DNA of 63,414 nucleotides, filler included, from Reticulomyxa filosa (taxonomy: Eukaryota; Protista; Foraminifera): assembly GCA_000512085.1 (NCBI GenBank). It is 17 parts of 17 records of this genome, joined end to end, with 100 filler letters (N's around TTAATTAATTAA, not from the genome) between each part and the next. Parts side by side here need not be neighbours in the genome. Positions count along the whole stretch, not along the records: positions 11,151 to 17,160 come from ASPP01020756.1; positions 17,261 to 18,830 come from ASPP01025489.1; positions 18,931 to 23,138 come from ASPP01012410.1; positions 23,239 to 28,605 come from ASPP01003705.1; 13 more parts are not named here. One strand, written 5' to 3'. A program made the translations under genes and the position numbers. Shown one piece after another: positions 13,860 to 27,342 of the stretch (position 1 is its first letter; every line of letters begins with the position of its first letter). The notes beneath the pieces are model-generated. The model did not search any database and was not told the origin of the DNA. It worked only from the letters and a program-made list of their open reading frames with translations.

Positions 13860-14429
13860 ATACCGTATGTGACCTCGGTAGGAGCGGACCATGATTCTGC
13901 TTGGCCAATGGCATCACTCGTCTGTGGGGTCTGCAGAGTACACATATTACCATTGCTATTGGTGGTATTATGGTCATGCGGGCAACTGATTTCGGTCATT
14001 GCCCTTTCCATCGGCTCATGTAACAAAGACATGGTCATACAAACATTGGACCTGTTCAAAATACTTTTTTGCCAAAACACAATTGTCACTATTGGCGAAT
14101 ATATCCAATGATGTATTGCAAAACACAATGCCCGTATTTTGGTTTTCCACTTTGTCTATGCAATGTATTACGGCGTTGATGATGTTCAACTCATTTCCTG
14201 CTATTTGCAGCTGCTTTGTTTGCAGTCGTAGCGCTTCCTTCTCTGCTTCTCTCGCATCAGTGAACTCATTTATCGTCTCACTCTTTTCAGATACTGTTGT
14301 TGCTCGAGGCTGCACAGTTCCAGCTGCCTTTTTGTTGATTTCTTCGTTTATCTTCTTATCTGCTGCTTCTATTCCAGTGTGCTTCCTTTCGCTCAGTCTC
14401 ATATTCGTACTCACAATCGTTTCCACCAC
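13860..14429 (-). pseudogene. Uncharacterised coding remnant (coiled-coil start, several in-frame stops distally)
   Basis: 137-aa ORF with higher GC. Protein-like sequence continues past stops. No family recognised. Confidence 0.3.
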
Positions 14430-17400
14430 ATTTCCTTAGGTCTTTACACACTTTTTCTGAGGATACTGGATCGAGAGCAATTGTCAAATTTTTTTTGGCA
14501 TGCATTTAAAAATATATAGCAAAAAAAAGACCTTGTTGCGAAAAGCGAGATTGCAGCTGACTTGTCTTGGAAAGCGAAAAAAATGCATTCAGCCAATCAA
14601 GATTGTAATGTTTGATTTCTTTTTGTTTTTTGTTGCTTGGACCTTTTTTTTTTGGTCTGCAATTTTTTTTGCAATTATTGCTATCTTTTAACCATCAAAA
14701 TAAAAACGATGAATGAAAAATCACAAACAAAATTGTGCTAATTGCTTAACTGAATATTTTTGCTAATAAATTGTTAGTCGGCTTATCATCTTTATTTTTT
14801 TAAGCTACAAACTACAAAAAGCAAGAAGCAGTCAATTTGTGCGATCATATTCACAAAGAGCATAAATTTTTCAAAAAAAAAAAGAAAATTGATTGCTACT
14901 TTTTATTCTGAAGCATTTTCTAAAACTTTTTGTTTTTATCATTTGATGCCTTTCCATTTCAGAGTGCCCTGTAAGAGAGGGGGCAAACGGAGGAAAAAGG
15001 TTGAGTGAAGAACTAGGCTATTTTAACACCAACATGAAGACATCGTTAGTATATGAAATTATATTGATAGCACTGCAAGTTTTAAACGTGGTAGCAAGTA
15101 CAAATAACGTGGCCAGAGACAACTCAAACGAAAACGGCCAAAAATACTCAAATAATCAATACAATATGGACATGTTGATAACATCATGTAATAAATTGGA
15201 CAACCACTCTATCAGTCAGATGTGGAAATCAAAAATGTGGATATGTGATCAACGTCTACAGGGTCACAACAACGCAAAAGTGTCGTCAGTGCAAATTTTC
15301 AACAATAGGCCGCTGCACGAAAGTATACGTGTTCTCAGAAGCATGTCAATTATCAATCAAATGCAGTCCAAGGAAGATATGCATATCAAAATATCTACAA
15401 TCTGGAATATAATCGACATTATATTCATCAACATACATATCAGTATCGTACAGGTATATAACAGTGATAAAAAAATCTAATGGAAAAAAAAAATGTTCAT
15501 GAAAAAAAAAAGGAGGTTTACGTATACCAAGAGGTAACAAGGGAGGATAAATTGTATATATGATTTATTTGATCGAAAATAAATTTTTTTAAAAAACAAA
15601 AACATAGTGTATTTACTAGAACGAAGTGGAAGCGGTTATAATGGCGATGACAAGCACACAACATGTGAATAGATGGTGCAAATTATTTGGAAAGCCAGGA
15701 GCGAATATGGCATACGATACATGGCTTGTGACCAATTGCTCCACGATGGCGCGAACGCCGAATTTGGTTCTCAATGTTATATTCAGTCGAAGCAATTCTC
15801 CATTTACAATATCTCGTGCTCCAATCAAAAAAAATTACAATTCCAAAATTATGCACGCTATTCGACAAGCCAAAGATCCACCATCAAGTAGCATTTTTCA
15901 AATGCCATTTGATATTGCAATGTTAGGTTCTTTTTATTTTTTTACTACTTTATTTTTTTTTAAAAAAAAACAACAAAAAAATTTGTATATGTCGTAGATG
16001 TTGAGCAAAAAATGGAACATGGACGACAAAGACAAAAATGAAGACAATGACGACACTTACACATGACATGACCAGGTGCAATTGCTGGTGAAATTTAAGT
16101 CGTCACCACATGGAGCAGCACCTGCCTTTAAGGTGGAAGAAGCGCTGTTGGCGCAAAGGAGGATATCTGCAACACAACTGACTAGCAATTAAATTGCAAG
16201 TCAGTGGTGATACAGATCCTTTTTTGTACATCAGGGCTATTTTCACCAAGGCATGGTCTCTCCAGTCCACTTATGGATATCAAATCAAATATCGCACCAA
16301 TAATCAAAGCCAGCATTGCACACTCGCTTAAATCCACAAACTGATCCTGCTCACACTACAATTGACAAAAGCGCAAATCATTTATGGGGAATTTCGTTGA
16401 TAATCCCGAACAAACCAAGCAGCATCCACAATCAAAACGTGACAAATGTGGTCATGTCAAGTTATTTTTATTTTTTTTTATTGTGATAATAACATAAACA
16501 CATGTTTTTGATTGTCACGTGTATAGATTGAGCAGTGATTGTGCAAATTGTGGATGAAGTGAATGAAAAAAAAGAAAATACGGGGTAGAAACCACCCCCG
16601 TCTCCGAAAGGAGAAATAATGGTTTGTTTTATTTGTCTTTTTTTTTAAAAATATGTTTAAGTGTTTTGTGTTGTTAACATAGGTTCCTCCGTCCGCAAGA
16701 ATCGTTACACTATCTATTCCACTCCCTTCACACAAAACAAAAAAAGAACAAGGGGTTGAACTTTACCCCCGTGTCCTAAACGATGAAGAATGGTTTGTGA
16801 TTTTTATATTTATATATGTGTATATTCTTTTGTATATAATGTTGTTGTGTTTGTGATTCAATAGGTTCCCCCTAAAAGAAAATATATATATATATGTACA
16901 TATTTATTTGTTCCCCTCCCTAAAACAAAAAAAAAAAATTGTAAGTGTCTTCACAGGAAAAAAATAAAATGCAGCAAAGTTCCAAATAATAGTTATAAAT
17001 ATATATATTTTGACTGTTGTTTAAATTTAACTTTGTTTGTTTATGCAAATAGGTTCGACGCGACAAAGATGTATGTATTATCTTGAAAGGGTGGAGTTGG
17101 AAAAAATGATAATAAGGGGGGAAAATGTAATAATAAAAAAAAGGTTGGAAGAAAAAAAAANNNNNNNNNNNNNNNNNNNNNNNNNNNNNNNNNNNNNNNN
17201 NNNNTTAATTAATTAANNNNNNNNNNNNNNNNNNNNNNNNNNNNNNNNNNNNNNNNNNNNAACAGCGAAAAACTACTTTTGAATATTTTTTTCAAATCCT
17301 CGTATATTATAACAGACAACATCATTTCCAACAAAGAAATCAGTAATTCATTTTTAAAAACAAATCTAAAAATAAAATAGATAAAACATTTTTTTTATTT

Positions 17401-17470
17401 TTGAGATGATATGTTTATATGCCGTCTTGTGTCTTTAAAAAACAAACTTCACACATACAATACATTTAAG

Positions 17471-18340
17471 AATTACTTTCACTATGCTACTTCGACACTT
17501 CTCACTGAGTTTTTCTGGCTTAAGAGAGGGTACTTTATTAATACTGGGCACTAAAACGAATATGCGCAAACAAAACAAACAACAAGATAATATTCAGCTT
17601 CAGCATCTTACAAATTACACACCTGATGAACTTTATCCTGTCAGTTCTCTTCATAATGTTTAAACATAGAACTAACACTTGGAGAAAAAACAAATGAAAC
17701 AATTGCAGAGCACGTTTATGGCAAATGTTAACATGTTGAAGGAATCATTTCGTACTAAAGTAACATCAAAGTATGTGATTGCAGTCCACAAAACAGCAAA
17801 CAATTTGGAAAAGGGATTTCATGAATCGGGTATTATGTGCACAAAGACTCAAGTGTCAACAGTTAAGAAATCAAAAAAGTTGATTGGTTGAAGAAATATT
17901 ATTAAACAAGATAATAACAAAAACTAACAAAGAATAGAATATTGTGAAAAGAAGGCATTATATCTCTACAATAAAACCAAATTCCCAAATGAGATTCTCA
18001 AATTATCTAATCAAAAAGGTCGTTCTTCAAACAAGACAAAAAAAAAGAAATTGCAAGATTAACCTTTAAATTGGATCTTTTGGAGGAGATACCTGATCCA
18101 TTACCTCCACAACTCGAAGAAGAAGTTAATGAGGCTAAGACGGACAAGGAAAAAGAAGAAGAAGGAGAAGGAGAAAACAAAGAAGGAGAAGGAGGAGAAA
18201 AGAAAAAAGTAGAAGAGGACGACTCAAAAGATTTAGAACTGGACGAAAATGAAGTATCTGCAGACGAACAAGAAATTGCAAAATTCAGTGACGATGAGGC
18301 TGAAGATTCAGACTCATTGGCAGAAGAGGGATACGAATGA
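17471..18340 (+). CDS. Hypothetical multi-exon protein with acidic (Glu/Asp-rich) C-terminus, 5' partial
   Basis: Four short GT-AG introns link exons including STFMANVNMLKESFRTK... and DLLEEIPDPLPPQLEEE...EEGYE*. Confidence 0.55.
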
Positions 18341-18930
18341 AAGGATTATTATTGATTTTAAAAATTTCTATTGGTTTTTTTTTTTTTTTTGCAAATTTCA
18401 ATTAAAGCACGCAATGCGATTTACTTCTCTTCACTGGTCTTTCACTAAGTTTACAACTTTCAATGAAAAGTTAGAATACAAAAATGTGCTGATGTTTTGA
18501 ATTAATGCTTCCTTTTATAAAGTATCAAACATTTTTGTGCGTAACAGAAAATTGAGTATAACACTTGTTCAACCGTATAAGCCCTGGTTCACAAAACTTT
18601 ATTGTAGAATCATTTGCCCCATCCGCGTACAACACTCCAGGATTTCTGGACATTGCCAGCATAGAAATGGTTCACTACGGTTTTGAGCAGTATAAAGAAT
18701 CGAATGAAAGGGATTTATATATGTACACATGTCAGCACGGATCAAACGAACGCTTGGGCCAACCAATCGGGTCATGTGTGATCAATTTCGAGCAGTATAA
18801 TGCAGTGGCATATATTTCATTTATTTCATTNNNNNNNNNNNNNNNNNNNNNNNNNNNNNNNNNNNNNNNNNNNNTTAATTAATTAANNNNNNNNNNNNNN
18901 NNNNNNNNNNNNNNNNNNNNNNNNNNNNNN

Positions 18931-21610
18931 AAGGAAAAAAAAAAGGGGGTCCAAACAACAAACAAAAAAATGATAACTTAGATTTGATCCTTCGTTTTTC
19001 AAGGTTGGACTTGCCTCTTCTTTCTTCGTGTTGGCTGATATAGTGATTTCATTGGCCAGGTTACCAACATTGCGCGACGTGCGTCCATTACCATCAGCAT
19101 TCGCCTTCTTTTTGCGATAGAAGAAGAAAAAGTATGCGACCGCAGCGATAAAGATCAGGGCGATAATGGTACCAACAACCCCTCCAATCACACCTGAGTT
19201 GGAGGACGATTTACTCGATCCATTTAATTTTTCACCAATAACTTTGGTTGGGGATTTGGTCGGATGATGAGTAGGAGAAGGCGTGGTAACAACTTCGCCT
19301 AGCCGGGTTGGGTGCTGGGTGATATCAGTTGGCGATGTTGTGGGATGTCTGGTCGGATGTCGGGTCGGGTGTCTGGTGGGATGTCTAGTGGGATGTCTGG
19401 TGGGATATCTCGTTGGATGCCTTGTCGGGGGCTGCGTTGGGTGTCTGCTCGGAGTTCGTGTTGGATTTCTAGTTGGATGTCTCGTTGGATAACGAGTCGG
19501 ATGTCTGGTGGGATGTCTCGTGGGATGTCGGGTTGGATGTCGGGTCGGGTGTCGCGTTGGATGTCGTGTTGGATGTCTCGTTGGAGACTTGGTCGGGCGT
19601 CTCGTCGGCCTTTTTGTCGGAGGCTTTGTGGGAGGTTTTGTGGGAGGTTTTGTCGGAGGTTTTGTCGGAGGCTTTGTCGGGGGTTTAGTTGGTGGTTTTG
19701 TTGGCCTTCTTGTCGGAGGCTTCGTTGGCGGTTTTGTTGGCGGCTTTGTTGGTGGTTTCGTTGGTGGCTTTGTCGGTGGCTTTGTAGGATGTCTTGTCGG
19801 AGGTTTCGTTGGTGGCTTTGTCGGTGGCTTTGTGGGATGTCTTGTCGGAGGTTTCGTTGGTGGCTTTGTTGGAGGTTTCGTCGGTGGCTTTGTCGGCGGT
19901 TTTGTCGGAGGTTTTGTTGGAGGTTTCGTTGGCTGTTTTGTCGGCGGCTTTGTCGGTGGTTTTGTTGGTGGTTTCGTCGGTGCTTTTGTTGTTGGTGGTT
20001 TTGTTGGTGGTTTTGTCGGCGGCTTCGATGGTGGCTTTGTTGGTGGTTTCGTTGGTGCTTTTGTTGTTGGTGGTTTTGTTGGTGGTTTTGTTGGTGGTTT
20101 CGTTGGTGGCTTTGTTGGTGGTTTCGTTGGTGCTTTTGTAGTTGGTGGACTCGTTGGTTGTTTTGTTGGTGGTTTCGTTGGTTGTTTTGATGGCTGTTTT
20201 GTTGGTTGTTTTGATGGTTGTTTTGTTGGTTGTTTTGTTGGTGATTTCGTCGGCAATTTTGTCGGCGATTTTGATGGATTTTTTGTCGGCTGCTTCGTAG
20301 TTGGTGAACTGGTCGGCGGTTTCGTCGTTGGCGGACTCGTTGGTGATTTTGTAGTTGGTGGTTTCGTTGGTGGTTTCGTTGGCGATTTCGTAGTTGGTGG
20401 TCGTTGGTGGCTTCGTCGGTGGTTTCGTTGGTGGTTTCGTCGGTGGTTTTGTTGGTGATTTTGTAGTTGGTGGACTCGTTGGTGATTTTGTAGTTGGCTG
20501 ACTTGTTGGTGATTTCGACGGTTGCTTTGATGGCTGCTTTGATGGTTGTGGTGTTGGTTGTGGGGTCGGGGGTGGAGATTTTCCTGCTAGTCTTCTCGCA
20601 ATTGTAATTCGACTGCTTTCACAAATAGCACCTTCTTCACAATCACGATTATTTCCATCGACAATACGCTTGTCTCTCCAATTGCATGTACTTCCACTGC
20701 GACACTTCCATGTCGCTTTTTCGGCGTTACCCTCCCAAGCGCACTGCCCATAGCAGTCCCACGATATCGCATTGCAACTATTTGGGGCTTCGCAACTCCA
20801 TTTCTTTAACCGTCCTTTTTAGATTTTGATGTATATTGAAAGACCTTAATAAAAAAAAAAAAAAAAATCTTTAAACTACGTATACTACAACTCTTACCCC
20901 AAAAATTTCATATTTCGTTTAACCCCTCTTTCACAGGGGGGGGGGGAGGAAAAAAAAAAAATCCCTTATTTCTCGTTTAATGTTGAAGTATACCTGAAAC
21001 GTCCGAGATAAACACGCTCATGTGATCACAGGAACTTTCCGAAAGACATTCAATAGTCACACTACCAGTACTGACGGACACGGTGACATTAGCACAAGAT
21101 TGTTGAGAATGACATGTAATGATGTGTCTTGTCTTACTTGAACTGATGTTCATCGTGGCTCCCAGACATCTTTATTCATGCCAGAGGTGTTATCGTTTTT
21201 GTTTTTTTTTCCCCAAATCAAAAAAAAAAAAAGAACCAAACAAGAAAATAACAAATACTCAACGAATATGGGTTGACACAGTCAATTCGACATTCGTCAA
21301 CTAGGCCACCATTGGCCCCACATTGAATATTACTTCCGGCACACGACAAATTGCCTGTACACAGCAAATTATCAAATCCACGACTAATTCCATGCAATTC
21401 TTGTTGATAACAATTACTATCACGTTCCTTATCTTCAATTGTTTTTATTTGTGAGTGAGGGTGTACTTTGTTTTTGCGTCACCTGCCAACAGATTTTTAT
21501 CGACTCGTCTCGCTAAAATAAAACAACAGCACTCAACTGCATTCCAGAACGTGGTACTTCGACGCAAAGACGGTCGATAAGTACCAACCAAAAAATAGAA
21601 ATGCTAACAT
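18931..21610 (-). CDS. Type I membrane protein: signal peptide, Cys-rich head, long PTKP/PTRH repeat stalk, TM helix, cytoplasmic tail (3' truncated)
   Basis: N-terminus MLAFLFFGWYLSTVFA. Exons carry C-x4-SC repeats (LCTGNLSC, TCHSQQSC, ECLSESSC, SCEAPNSC). TM GVIGGVVGTIIALIFIAAVAYFFFFY is followed by RKKK. One 2-nt homopolymer frameshift near 20400. Confidence 0.8.
19240..20575 (-). repeat. Coding 12-nt tandem repeat (tetrapeptides PTKP/PTKQ/PTRH/PTRR)
   Basis: Visible (GGTGGTTTTGTT)-like period on the + strand. Confidence 0.95.
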
Positions 21611-22242
21611 GACCTTCAACAAAGGGAAAGTAAAAGCTCACGAGAATTCTTAAAAAAGCGTACTGTTTTCACTCGAGTTTGTCTTTTCATATTTCACTAC
21701 GTTTAAAAGACCTGCCAAAATTCTAATTGCAAAAATTAAGGCAGAAAACTGTCCATATATACGTACTATAAGGTTTCCGTTCATTTCGGCATGAATGATG
21801 AAACATAAGCCTAACCCAAGATAATTGTGCTACAAGGCGCCTATTCCATATTGTTTGCCTCGGATTCCATTAATATATTGGACGAAACAACAGTGGCCCA
21901 CTATGAAAAGAGTTGTATATATTTTGCAAAAGAGCACAAAAAATTTGCAAAATTGACAAGAAAAGCTGTTCTTCAGCTTTTATTTTTTTCTTTTTTGTAA
22001 ATTTCGTCTGTGGACTTTGCAAGAGACCACAACAATAATTGAGCAAACTCCAAAAATTTAGAATTAATTGACAGACAACCAAAAGTAATGACAATATTTA
22101 CTCGGATCGATCAAATGTACAAAAAGTATTTTTGTTTGTTGTGATATCGATAACTTTCTTTTTTTTACATGTCCTATGAAAATCGATTATGAGTGAAGGG
22201 AAAAAACTCAACACCGTTTTGTTGTAGCCAAGAAAAGGACAT

Positions 22243-23138
22243 ATGTCTTTATTCAGTTATCCGTCCGGACTCGGAAGTACAATGAAATCTCCTCAGCATA
22301 AAAAGTCGAATGCCTTTGATCACTTCCACAATGATCCAAAACTTGTACTTTTGCACTTTGTAATGCTTGATACAATCAACAGACTTGAAATTACTGAACA
22401 CATCCGGACCAGTGATGAAGTCTGAATATATATGTACATATTTTTAAATATTTTGTAGTGATTTTGTTGTTTTGTTTTCCGCTGTAGGAAGCACAAACAA
22501 CGAGTTTCGCGCTCACAACAATTTTGAATGAAAAAAAGCAAGCCTCTGATGAGTATGAAAATTTAGTAGCGGCACGATCTGAAATTAACAGGTCTCTTTT
22601 TAAACTCTTTGCACTGGCTTCATCACATACCAATTGCATGGTTGTTGACTAACAGTAACATGCCAGCAGTTTGTCAATACAAAAATGAGCTTCAAAAATC
22701 AATGTGTAAATTTCACCAAAATATTGCAAAGTTGCAAAACAAACTCTCTCCTACAAACACAGAAAATGAGGTTTCTTCGTCTTTAGTTCCACACAACGGA
22801 AAAAATACTTTCTCTTCTCTGATGCATTCATTACGTTGCGAATGTATAACAACAATTGATCGCGCTTTGTTAGAATTAGAAACTAAGTCTACTACACATC
22901 ACCTGCATTCAACTATTGAAGCAACAACAAACAACCAAGAACGATCTAATGAAACCATAGACTTAATTCATGAATACAAAAAAAAAATTGAACATGTTAG
23001 GGCAGAATTGGATCGTTCTCGGCAAACATTTGAGTTAGACCTTAAAAACTTGCAATTTAAAATGGCTGAATTGAAGGAACAAGAAAAAGTTCACAAAAAA
23101 AAAACCGAGGTGGAGTTGGTAGCACAAGAAAAACAAAT
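22243..23138 (+). CDS. Coiled-coil hypothetical protein, spliced, 3' truncated
   Basis: Exons are joined by introns near 22420-22487 and 22591-22654. Heptad-rich segment EYKKKIEHVRAELDRSRQTFELDLKNLQFKMAEL. Confidence 0.6.
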
Positions 23139-23313
23139 NNNNNNNNNNNNNNNNNNNNNNNNNNNNNNNNNNNNNNNNNNNNTTAATTAATTAANNNNNN
23201 NNNNNNNNNNNNNNNNNNNNNNNNNNNNNNNNNNNNNNCTTTTTTTTTTGATCAAATGAAACTTATACGAATTCAAATCGGTATTGCGAACGTATACTTA
23301 AAAAAAAAAACAG

Positions 23314-24082
23314 ATGTCGCACTATAGGAAGAACCAAAGGAAGGAGCAAATGGAACAACTGTCAACAGATTCGAGAGTTGTTGATATGGTCGATTATTTG
23401 TATAATAATTTTGGGGTGAATTATATTGAATTCTTTCGATACTTGAGCACAACTTGCAATGAAGAGTTTGGCTGTGCTCTCGACAAAAATGCATTTACCA
23501 GCTATTTGGAACGCGGCCGTTGTATGCTGGCGCTGCAAAAATTGCCCAAGTTCATTGTCGATCCACTGATTGTGAAATCGGCTTGGATTCATTATATCGA
23601 GATTGTTGATAATTGGTTGCCATTTCAGCCGGTCAATAGTGATCACTATTATTTCCGTAAGATTAATAAATTCGGGCGACGCTATTTGCTATTGCGTGAT
23701 TACTTTGATACGTGTATGTCTTTGTTTAGATCAGACCCACTGTTTTTTATTTTATTATTATTTTTTTTATTGTAACTTTTATCTATTTATTTTGACAGCC
23801 TTGGGTCGCTTTGAGAATAACAGTACATTTAATGTGGAACATCCCTTGCTGGCAATTCATACATCGGATCACTGGAGGAAGGAGTCGGAGTGGCAAAAGG
23901 CACTTTCGGAATACAGAACAACGGAACTGAAATTGTTTAAGTTGAAAGTGATCAAGAACACAAATATTGAACATCTAGTAGCTCGGTATCATGAATGGCT
24001 GGCAAAGCATCGTCCCGATATGCTCAGGACAAAGCAAATTCCTCCCTTGATAAACAAAATATTTCCTATTGCTCCTAGATAG
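23314..24082 (+). CDS. Hypothetical protein, 5' partial, intron ~23714-23798
   Basis: Two overlapping ORFs are joined in frame by a GT-AG intron. No family recognised. Confidence 0.55.
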
Positions 24083-24696
24083 CTGTCTATTTTTATTTTT
24101 TATTTTTTGCTTGTATCGTTTATTTCAATGTATTTTTGATAAAGGAGTACATGTTACATATTCTTTCATAGCATATTTGTTCAAATGCCATATATTTCTT
24201 TAGAAATTACTGAATGCACTCAATGTTCGTTTCTTTTTTCGGTGATATATCTGCCGTCTTTTTTTGCATACTTTTGATGGTCTCTTTGATCATTATTTTT
24301 GTTTCAATGATCCTCTTACAGCCATCCACAATATCTCTTTAAGAAGTGTATGCGAAAAGAATTGAAAGAAATCAAAAATTAGAATTTTAAATTTTGCAAG
24401 ATAAAAAAAAATTTGAGAAAGTCTTTGATGCATTCTCATTGTTCGTAGGTCTCACTATGCAAAAAAAAAAAAAAGAAATGAGAAATAGGGTACAAGATTT
24501 GCTGGAGAGACGTTATGCGTTTCTAGAGGAAAGTCAGTGCAATAGCAATCAAGAAAACCTGTAACTTCGAGTTTTTGTTGTTTTTTTTGCGAATAGCTTC
24601 CTCTTAGAATGAGAGGAGGAATAAAAGGGAAAAGTGTTGCTTACAGAACTTGAAACATTGTACTTTGAAAACAAACAGCAAGCGAAAACGAGTTTG

Positions 24697-25862
24697 TTAA
24701 TTTGGAATGGAGTATTTAGGAAAAGATCTGTTGGGATGAATAACACTGGCCCCACCAATTTCACCAGCAATGGGTGGACAGGTCATATAAGCTCTGAGAA
24801 CGCCATTTTTAACAAAGTGTCCAATCCAAATGTCACTCGCTTCTTCGAAAGGAAGACAATAATCTAAGAACCGTTGAAAAGAGGATATGGGAGCAAAAAT
24901 GGCAGTGTAAAGGGCAAATCCATTAACATATTGATAGACACTATGTCCCATATATTTTACCAAAAGTCTTTTTTTCAAGTTCCAAGGGTCGCACCAATCG
25001 GCGCCAAACAATTGTAAAATGTCCCATTTTTCATTGTTTTTGTCATCAGGAACATAGTATTTTAATTCCACAAATCTCTCTTGGAGCAACTCAAGAAAAT
25101 TTTCATTTACTAAAGCATCGTCTTCAAATAGGACTGCATACTTCCATTCATTTGACTTTTTTTTTTTTTTTTGGGAATGCAATACAAAAAAAAAAAGTAT
25201 ATATTTACATGCATATACACATATGTGCGTGCATGTACGTGCACAAGTATACACTACATAATATATACGTATATCCTGTACACAAGTATGTAAATCCAAT
25301 AAACTGGGTTATCTTTCACCAAATTGATTGCAGTTTGCATCGCCATAATCTTGGACATAGCAGTTCCAATTTTGGTGCCCTTGTTCATTGGACGGAAATC
25401 TTTATGAATGTACCCTTGCTCAATCAAACTTTTCTTTTGTTTTGCACTCACATTTCTTCCATCGAATCCATTCATAACCACACATTTTACACTATTTCGA
25501 TTAAAATATTCACAAATTTTCAAACTGTTTTGTCTTCGTTCTTGATTCCATTTCGCACTCATCACTACGACGACCAGTTCTTTTGATGGATTTAACTGCT
25601 CCGCCGATTCGTTGTTTATTTTTATTTCATTGTATCGGTACAAATGACTTGAAGTCAAGTACATATACAGTCCCAATAAACACAATAATGCTAGACTGCC
25701 CAATACATGCCGACTGTATTTCTTTATCATATTTTGATTCTTTGTCTTTCCTTTTTCTCCATCGATGTCGTGCTTCTCTCTCTCTGCTGATCCTTTCCCC
25801 AATTGTGCTAAATTCAATAGCTGCCAGCTTGCTGAAGTTAAGCGTGGTGGTATTGTCTTCAT
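24697..25862 (-). CDS. GT25-like glycosyltransferase with type II membrane anchor, 2 exons (intron ~25154-25307)
   Basis: Anchor HVLGSLALLCLLGLYMYL. Motifs ERRQ...GFDGR...KIGTAMSK...YAVLFEDDA...WDILQL...DIWIG follow the GT25 order. Confidence 0.7.
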
Positions 25863-26223
25863 GCTCGTTTAGATTAGAAATATCAATACCACAAAAAATT
25901 TCAAATGACAGCTCAAAAACCTCAAGACGCCCTTTTTTCCCAGAAACCACAGCAAGTAGTTTCGTCATTTTTTTAAACAGAAAAATAAACTTTCAGAATT
26001 AAATTTCGATACTCAACGGAATATAAAAATTACATATTTGAAAGAAACTTTATAACGAGAGTAGAAAGCCGAAACCAGAGTTAACCACTATTTATTAAAA
26101 ATATTATTTGATTGTGGTTCTTTTTAAATTGAAGATAACGTACAAACACGATGTGTACGCGTGCAAAACCTCAGCCTTTGAAAAGTTTGATATTAAAGTG
26201 AAATATTGTATTAAATATTGAAA

Positions 26224-27342
26224 ATGAGTCGCATCCTATCCGTATTATTAGCAGTTTATGCCTTAATTTGTGGGATGGGCTTTGCACTCACCGCACAAAA
26301 TATTACAATTGCGTACTCGACATGGTTGACAAGCAACAACGGATACTACACGTACCAAATTTCTTGGATTTGTGCCTGTGTCAGTTGCGTGACAAATGAG
26401 AAGCAAGTGAAAGTGCTCAGAAACAAAGTGGAAAAAGTGGAGTATGTTAGTTCCAGCAATTGCAACTCCAGCACGTATTTAAGTAAGTACATTTCAGCAA
26501 GCAACAAGAACAAGGGAGAGGGAAAAAAAGTGCAGTGCAACAATGACATTCGCAACCCTATGCAATGACAAATAAAAAAAAGATAGCAGCAACTATTACA
26601 CAATCGACAACCTATTTGAGATACTCCAAGAGCATCTAAAAACAGCACAATCAATGGAGGCAACGTTTCACACAGAACTGGGTTATCCAACATACGCATT
26701 CATAGATCCATCCAACAACATAACACAGGACGAATATGGATGGCGTATTACCTGTTTATCACAAGAAGGAAAAAGTGGGTATCACAACATGTGTAAAACG
26801 TCCACACAAGTTTGAATCAAAGCTTTATTTTTTATTGTTATAATTATAGATTTTTTTTTTTTTGTTAAAAAAAAGGGTTTATTACACCCCCCAAAAAATC
26901 TTTTTCCCCTCTCTCAAAAAAAAAAAAAAATGCGCTTTTGCAATAGAGCTCAAATGTGTGGGCGATGGCAGGACTAGCAGTGACGGTAACCATAATCGTG
27001 GCTATATGCGTGGCGTATTACTGTTGGCGAAGCAAAACAGTCCAACCTAATACGACAGTGTTGCGAAATGGGGGTGCAAAAGTGGCATATGCTAAAATGT
27101 CCGAGCAAAGTACCAATGAGACGGAAATGGTGGCCTCATACGTGGAAAACAGCGAGGCACGGGTTGATCAACAGTTGCAAGGAAATGAATTTCATGTTAT
27201 TGGTAACGTCACTCCCGATCCTCAAGATATGGATGACAGTCTTAGTGATAGCGATGAACATAATGTTCACTCTTCCAAACCACTAACCCAAACCACGTCT
27301 CTTCCTTCTTCTAATACAAATCCACAAACTTCCACGACTTAA
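26224..27342 (+). CDS. Type I membrane protein with DUF6174-like extracellular domain, 3 exons (introns 26483-26582, 26810-26946)
   Basis: Signal peptide, then W..YTYQISWICAC...VKV...YTIDNLFE...FHTELGYPT.AFIDP...QDEY, then TM AMAGLAVTVTIIVAICVAYYCW. Splicing restores a continuous frame. Confidence 0.65.

Noticed and set aside
15001-16460. Possible retroelement remnant
   Set aside because: No RT, RNase H, integrase or endonuclease motifs and no terminal repeats were recognisable, so it is left unannotated.
19283-20458. Long + strand ORFs (GGFV)n and (CWWF/RRF)n
   Set aside because: They are antisense shadows of the PTKP repeat. The - strand carries the signal peptide, TM and splice sites.
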